Shown here piece by piece: positions 48,885 through 53,226 of a DNA stretch of 53,226 nt. The DNA comes from Geodermatophilus sp. (GTDB lineage: Bacteria; Actinomycetota; Actinomycetes; Mycobacteriales; Geodermatophilaceae). The translations under genes and the position numbers were made by a program. The notes under the pieces are model-generated. The model worked only from the letters and a program-made list of their open reading frames with translations. It ran no database searches and was not told the origin of the DNA. Where the stretch lies: positions 1 to 53,226 of the forward strand of contig DATAAV010000134.1 of assembly GCA_036259935.1 (NCBI GenBank). The letters run 5' to 3'. Position 1 is the first letter of the stretch; every line of letters starts with the position of its first letter.

Positions 48885-49714
48885 GCGTGGACACGGTCCG
48901 GCCCGGCCTGGTCGCCGACGCCGGCGCCCCGCCCACCGGCCGGCCGCGGGTGGCCCGCGCCTTCCGGGCGCTGCTGTGGCGCGACGTGTTCGTCACCGGC
49001 CGGGAGCTGGTGCCCTTCCTGCTGCAGGTGGTGCTGCAGCCGGTGTTCCTGCTGTTCGTCTTCGGCAAGGTCCTCGTCGACCTCGGGTTCGCCAGCGACG
49101 AGTACTCCGACGTGCTGCTGCCCGGCGTCATCGCGCTGACCGCGTTCCTCACCGCGCTGCAGAACACCGCCTTCCCGCTGGTCATCGACTTCTCCTACAC
49201 CAAGGAGATCGAGGACCGGCTGCTCGCGCCGCTGCCCACCTCACTGGTCGCCGTCGAGAAGATCGTGTTCTCGGTGCTCCGCGCGCTTGTCGCCGCCGCG
49301 GTGATGTTCCCGATCAGCTGGTGGGTGCTGGGCACGCTGCCGGTGGCGTGGTCGGACCTGCCGCTGCTCACCGTCTTCCTCGTGCTGGGCTCGGTGGTCG
49401 GCGCGGTGATGGGGATGACCCTGGGCACCTTCGTGACGCCGAACCGGATCAACGTCGTCTTCGCCGTCGTCCTGACGCCGCTCCTGTTCACCGGGGCGAC
49501 GCAGTTCCCGTGGCAGTCGCTGGACACGCTCCGCTGGTTCCAGGTGCTCTGCGCGGTCAACCCGCTGACCTACGTCAGCGAGGCGCTGCGGGCCGAGATG
49601 ACGCCGGACGTGCCGCACCTGCCGCTGTGGGTGTGCGCGCTGGCGCTGCTCGGGTTCCTCGTCGCGTTCGGCGTCGCCAGCCTCGTCGGCTTCCGGCGGC
49701 GCGCCTTGGATTAG
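48881..49714 (+). CDS. ABC-2 exporter permease (DrrB-like)
   Basis: Six TM segments, LLAPL, NPLTYVSEALR; ATGA overlap. Confidence 0.9.
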   Translation: MSVDTVRPGLVADAGAPPTGRPRVARAFRALLWRDVFVTGRELVPFLLQVVLQPVFLLFVFGKVLVDLGFASDEYSDVLLPGVIALTAFLTALQNTAFPLVIDFSYTKEIEDRLLAPLPTSLVAVEKIVFSVLRALVAAAVMFPISWWVLGTLPVAWSDLPLLTVFLVLGSVVGAVMGMTLGTFVTPNRINVVFAVVLTPLLFTGATQFPWQSLDTLRWFQVLCAVNPLTYVSEALRAEMTPDVPHLPLWVCALALLGFLVAFGVASLVGFRRRALD

Positions 49715-49722
49715 CCCGCTGG

Positions 49723-49780
49723 CGGCGGTGTGCATCTGTGGCGCGTTCCGGCCGCAGAACGCGCCACGACCGCACATCAC
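49723..49780. terminator. Hairpin between convergent genes
   Basis: GTGGCGCGTTC-cggccgca-GAACGCGCCAC with outer GGTG..TGC/GCA..CACC arms. Confidence 0.55.
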
Positions 49781-50682
49781 CCGGCGGAGCGGGCGGCAGC
49801 GGGCTCGACCCCGGCCAGCTCCCGGCCGAAGAACTCCACCAGGTAGGCCAGCGCCCGGTCCAGGTGCGGCGGGGAGTCGTAGAGCTCGATGTGGTTCGTC
49901 GTCTCGATCCACTCGAGCGTCTTCGGCCCGGGGGACCGGTCGAACACCGCCTGCGCGCCATCCGGGCGGCAGTAGTCGTCGGTGGTGCCGTGGACCACCA
50001 GCAGGGGTGTCCGCTCCAGCAGGTCGGCCGAGGACAGGGTGTCGAGGGTCATCAGCTCGTACAGCGAGGCGACGGTCACCTCGTTGGCCCAGTACGGGCT
50101 GGAGGAGCGCTCGGTGCCGTAGTACTCCCAGGGCTCGCGGCCGCCCATCGCGGCCGGGCCGTCGGGGGACACCGCCGCCATGCGCTCGTCCGGCCCGGCG
50201 GCCAGGAACCGGGCCAGCGCGGCCCGGTAGGCGTCGATGCCCATGGCCGCCGCGAACGCCGCCGGGCTGTTGTACGCCCCGGCCACCCCGGCGACCGCCC
50301 GCACGCGCGGGTCGAACGCCGCGGCCCGGACGGCGTACCCGCCGCCCAGGCAGACACCGAGGAGGCCCAGCCGCCCCGCGTCGACGGCCGGATGGCCGAG
50401 AAGGAAGCCCACCGCGGCGCGCAGGTCGGCGAGCTTGCCGGCGGAGTCCTCGTGGCCGCGCCGCCCTCCGCTCTCCCCAAAGCCGCGGTGGTCGAAGGCC
50501 AGGGCGGCGAATCCGGCGTCCGCCAGCCGCCGGGCGTAGGTCCCGACGACCTGCTCCTTGACTCCGGTGAACGGCCCGGTGAGCACCACACCGGGTGCCG
50601 ACCCCTGCCCCGCGTCGGGCAGATGGAGCACTCCGACCAGCCGCAGTCCGTCGGCTGCGAAGACGACCCGTTCGGTGGCCAT
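49777..50682 (-). CDS. Alpha/beta hydrolase with Cys nucleophile (GVCLGG)
   Basis: GVKEQV, FDHRGFGESGG, GVCLGG, VHGTTD, HIELYD. Confidence 0.88.
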   Translation of the reverse strand: MATERVVFAADGLRLVGVLHLPDAGQGSAPGVVLTGPFTGVKEQVVGTYARRLADAGFAALAFDHRGFGESGGRRGHEDSAGKLADLRAAVGFLLGHPAVDAGRLGLLGVCLGGGYAVRAAAFDPRVRAVAGVAGAYNSPAAFAAAMGIDAYRAALARFLAAGPDERMAAVSPDGPAAMGGREPWEYYGTERSSSPYWANEVTVASLYELMTLDTLSSADLLERTPLLVVHGTTDDYCRPDGAQAVFDRSPGPKTLEWIETTNHIELYDSPPHLDRALAYLVEFFGRELAGVEPAAARSAG

Positions 50683-50967
50683 GTGGACCTCCTCGGCGGC
50701 GCGGTTCCCCGGCGGGTTCCATCCAAGCCGCTCCGCAGGTGCACGTCTGCTTCCTCGCACACGCCGTCTACCGCCGGGTCGGGATCCTCCTCCGGCGCCA
50801 AGTGGGCGCCGGGCGAGCGACGAAGACGGTCGTCGCCAGGCACCATGGCCCGGCCGCGCCCGAAACCGGCCCCCGGGAGCATGATGCGCGTCACACTGGC
50901 GGCTCTCGAACTACCCGTAGCAGAGCGGGGCCGAGCATCGGCGCCCGCCGCACAGGAGGCGCCGAGC

Positions 50968-51996
50968 ATGCGAGCTGTCCGCGTCCACCGCTACCACGAG
51001 GACCCCCGGGTCGACGACATCGCCGAGCCGAAGCTGACCGGCCCGCTCGACGTCATCGTGAAGATCGGCGGGGCCGGCGTCTGCCGCACCGACCTGCACA
51101 TCCTCGAGGGTCAGTGGGCAGAGGTGCAGAACCCGGACCTGCCCTACGTCATCGGCCACGAGAACGCCGGCTGGGTGCACGAGATCGGCGAGGGCGTCAC
51201 GAACGTGGGCGTCGGGGACACGGTGATCCTGCACCCGCAACCCAGTTGCGGTCTGTGCCGGGCCTGCCGGGCCGGCAAGGACATGCAGTGCAGCAACGCC
51301 TTCTTCCCCGGCCTGTCCAACAACGACGGCGGGATGGCCGAGTACCTGCGGACCACGGCTCGCGCCTGCGTGAAGCTCGACCCGAGTACGAACCCCGCGG
51401 ACGTCGCGGCGCTGGCCGACGCCGGCATCACCGCCTACCACGCCGTCCGCAAGGCGGTTCCGCTGCTGCACCCCGGCACCACGGCGGTGGTCCAGGGCGC
51501 CGGCGGGCTGGGGCACATCGGCATCCAGTGCATCACCGCGCTGACCGCGGCCCGGATCGTCGTCGTCGACAAGAACCCCGACGCCCTGGCGCTGGCCGAG
51601 CGGATCGGCGCCGACGCCACCGTGGTCGCCGACGGCCGGCACGTCGACGCGGTCAAGGACCTCACCGACGGGGAGGGCGCGCAGGTCGTCTTCGACTTCG
51701 TCGCCGAGCAGGGCGCGGAGATGGACGGCTGGAACATGACCGCCCCCGACGGCTCCTATTACGTCATCGGCTACGGCGGGGAGCTGCGGATCCCGACGCT
51801 GGACATCATCGCCACCGAGCGCAACGTCGTCGGCAACATCGTCGGCACCTACAACGACCTGGCCGAGCTGATGGTCCTTGCCCAGGCCGGGAAGGTGACG
51901 CTGCACACCCAGAAGTACCCGCTCGACGCGGCCGTGGACGCCCTGCACGACCTCGACGCCGGCCGGGTCCGCGGCCGGGCGATCCTCGTTCCCTGA
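50968..51996 (+). CDS. Zn-dependent NAD(P) alcohol dehydrogenase
   Basis: GVCRTD, GHE, CGLCRAC..C, GAGGLG; AGGAGG RBS. Confidence 0.93.
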   Translation: MRAVRVHRYHEDPRVDDIAEPKLTGPLDVIVKIGGAGVCRTDLHILEGQWAEVQNPDLPYVIGHENAGWVHEIGEGVTNVGVGDTVILHPQPSCGLCRACRAGKDMQCSNAFFPGLSNNDGGMAEYLRTTARACVKLDPSTNPADVAALADAGITAYHAVRKAVPLLHPGTTAVVQGAGGLGHIGIQCITALTAARIVVVDKNPDALALAERIGADATVVADGRHVDAVKDLTDGEGAQVVFDFVAEQGAEMDGWNMTAPDGSYYVIGYGGELRIPTLDIIATERNVVGNIVGTYNDLAELMVLAQAGKVTLHTQKYPLDAAVDALHDLDAGRVRGRAILVP

Positions 51997-52044
51997 CCCC
52001 TGTCCTCCGACTGATCCCGAGATCGACCTGAGAGGCGCCAGCAC

Positions 52045-53118
52045 ATGTACGAGAAGAATGGCGAGAAGTACTTCGTCGTCGACGCCCACATGCACTTCTG
52101 GGACGCCAGCCGGGAGAACTGGGTCCAGGGCCGCGAGGAGTATGCCAAGGGCTGGATCGACTGCTTCTACGGTTACCACCAGCTCGCCCCGCCGGACACG
52201 CACTGGGAGTGGGAGAAGTTCCTCAGGATCTCCGAAGAGGAGCTGATGAGGGACGTCTTCGAGGAGGGGCACGTCGACAAGGCCATCTTCCAGTCGACCT
52301 ATCTGAAGTACTGGTACAGGGACGGGTTCAACACGGTCGATCAGAACGGCTCGCTGCTGGAGAGGCACCCCGACAAGTTCATCGTCAACGGCCGCTTCGA
52401 CCCGCGGGACGGCGAGCCCGGGCTCGCGCAGCTCGAGGCGGACGCGAAGCGCTGGAACCTCAAGGGCGTCAAGGTCTACACCGCCGAGTGGCACGAGAAC
52501 GGCTCCCGCGGCTGGAAGCTCACCGACAGGGAGTCCTACCGGTTCCTGGAGAAGTGCCAGGAACTGGGCATCAGGAACATCCACGCCCACAAGGGCCCCA
52601 CGATCTGGCCGCTGAACAAGGACGCCTTCTCGGCCGAGGACGTCGACCAGGCCGCCACCGACTTCCGGGACCTGAACTTCGTGATCGAACACGCCGGCAT
52701 CCCGCGCATCGACGACTTCGCCTACATGGCCGTGCAGGAGCCCAACGTCTACGCGGGCCTCTCGGTCGTCATCGGCGCGCACATGCACGCCCGCCCGAAG
52801 TTCTTCGCCCGGCTGATGGGGGAGCTGCTGTTCTGGGTCGGCGAGGACCGGCTGACCTTCGGCAGCGACTACAGCATCTGGGAACCGAAGTGGCAGGTCG
52901 AGGGTTTCGTCGACTGGCAGATGCCCGACGACGAGGCGTTCGCCGACTACCCCCGGCTGACGACCGCCACCAAGAAGAAGATCCTCGGTCTCAACGCGGC
53001 CAAGCTCTACGGCATCGAGGTGCCGGCCGAGTGCCAGCTGCCGACGTCGGCGGGCGAGCAGGAGAAGCCCGGCGGGCAGCTGCTCACCGAGGCGGCCGCA
53101 GCGGGGTCGCCGACGTGA
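52045..53118 (+). CDS. Amidohydrolase_2 family protein
   Basis: DAHMH, HAHKGP, EHAG, FGSDY, KILGLNAAKLY. Confidence 0.9.
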   Translation: MYEKNGEKYFVVDAHMHFWDASRENWVQGREEYAKGWIDCFYGYHQLAPPDTHWEWEKFLRISEEELMRDVFEEGHVDKAIFQSTYLKYWYRDGFNTVDQNGSLLERHPDKFIVNGRFDPRDGEPGLAQLEADAKRWNLKGVKVYTAEWHENGSRGWKLTDRESYRFLEKCQELGIRNIHAHKGPTIWPLNKDAFSAEDVDQAATDFRDLNFVIEHAGIPRIDDFAYMAVQEPNVYAGLSVVIGAHMHARPKFFARLMGELLFWVGEDRLTFGSDYSIWEPKWQVEGFVDWQMPDDEAFADYPRLTTATKKKILGLNAAKLYGIEVPAECQLPTSAGEQEKPGGQLLTEAAAAGSPT

Positions 53119-53226
53119 GTCTGCGTGACTCGGTCTGGCAGGCGCTGGGGACGGTGCTCGACCCGGAACTCGACGAGCCGATCACGGATCTCGGCTTCGT
53201 GGCCTCGTGCACCGTCTCCGGCGACG
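53115..53226 (+). CDS. DUF59 / FeS assembly (metal-sulfur cluster biosynthesis) protein, 5' part only
   Basis: GTGA overlap; VWQALGTVLDPELDEPITDLGFV is the DUF59 DPE..I.DLG motif. Confidence 0.85.
   Translation, partial: MSLRDSVWQALGTVLDPELDEPITDLGFVASCTVSGD

Noticed and set aside
48754-50967. Apparent 1080-aa protein ending in an alcohol dehydrogenase
   Set aside because: The upstream part overlaps the ABC permease and the antisense hydrolase. The real start is ATG 50968 with an AGGAGG RBS, so it is not a fusion.

Overview
High-GC actinobacterial chromosomal segment; the gene content and intergenic repeat style suggest Geodermatophilaceae (inference). It holds about 49 CDS and no rRNA, tRNA, CRISPR or transposase. 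Left to right: a peptide/nickel-type ABC importer, a fadA2-fabG4-htdX/TetR/acyl-CoA oxidase lipid cluster, a CX3C amidase, a GAF/PAS-SpoIIE phosphatase divergent from a degenerate EAL protein, HU, a folP2-like gene, a SigL-like ECF sigma/anti-sigma operon with a matching promoter, the conserved QOR-csd-bpa-HAD-serS-guaB1-zincin-pheA core block, a yybP-ykoY Mn riboswitch driving a UPF0016 exporter, and an ADH-amidohydrolase-DUF59 trio. Two candidates for undescribed biology stand out. (1) 38884-44732: two paralogous, translationally coupled TPR-like/AGDEF diguanylate cyclases, the second fused to a LarB-like domain whose three catalytic positions are all substituted, followed by a larC lacking its His tract. 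No larA or larE is in the window. This suggests nickel-pincer-nucleotide machinery repurposed for c-di-GMP signalling. (2) 34636-34965: an orphan GroES paralog with no roof hairpin that ends in the HbYX-type tail GLYL, about 5 kb from bpa (GQYL), a candidate heptameric proteasome cap. At least four families of palindromic intergenic repeats and many leaderless-type promoters are also visible. All family assignments come from motif recognition by eye, not database searches.
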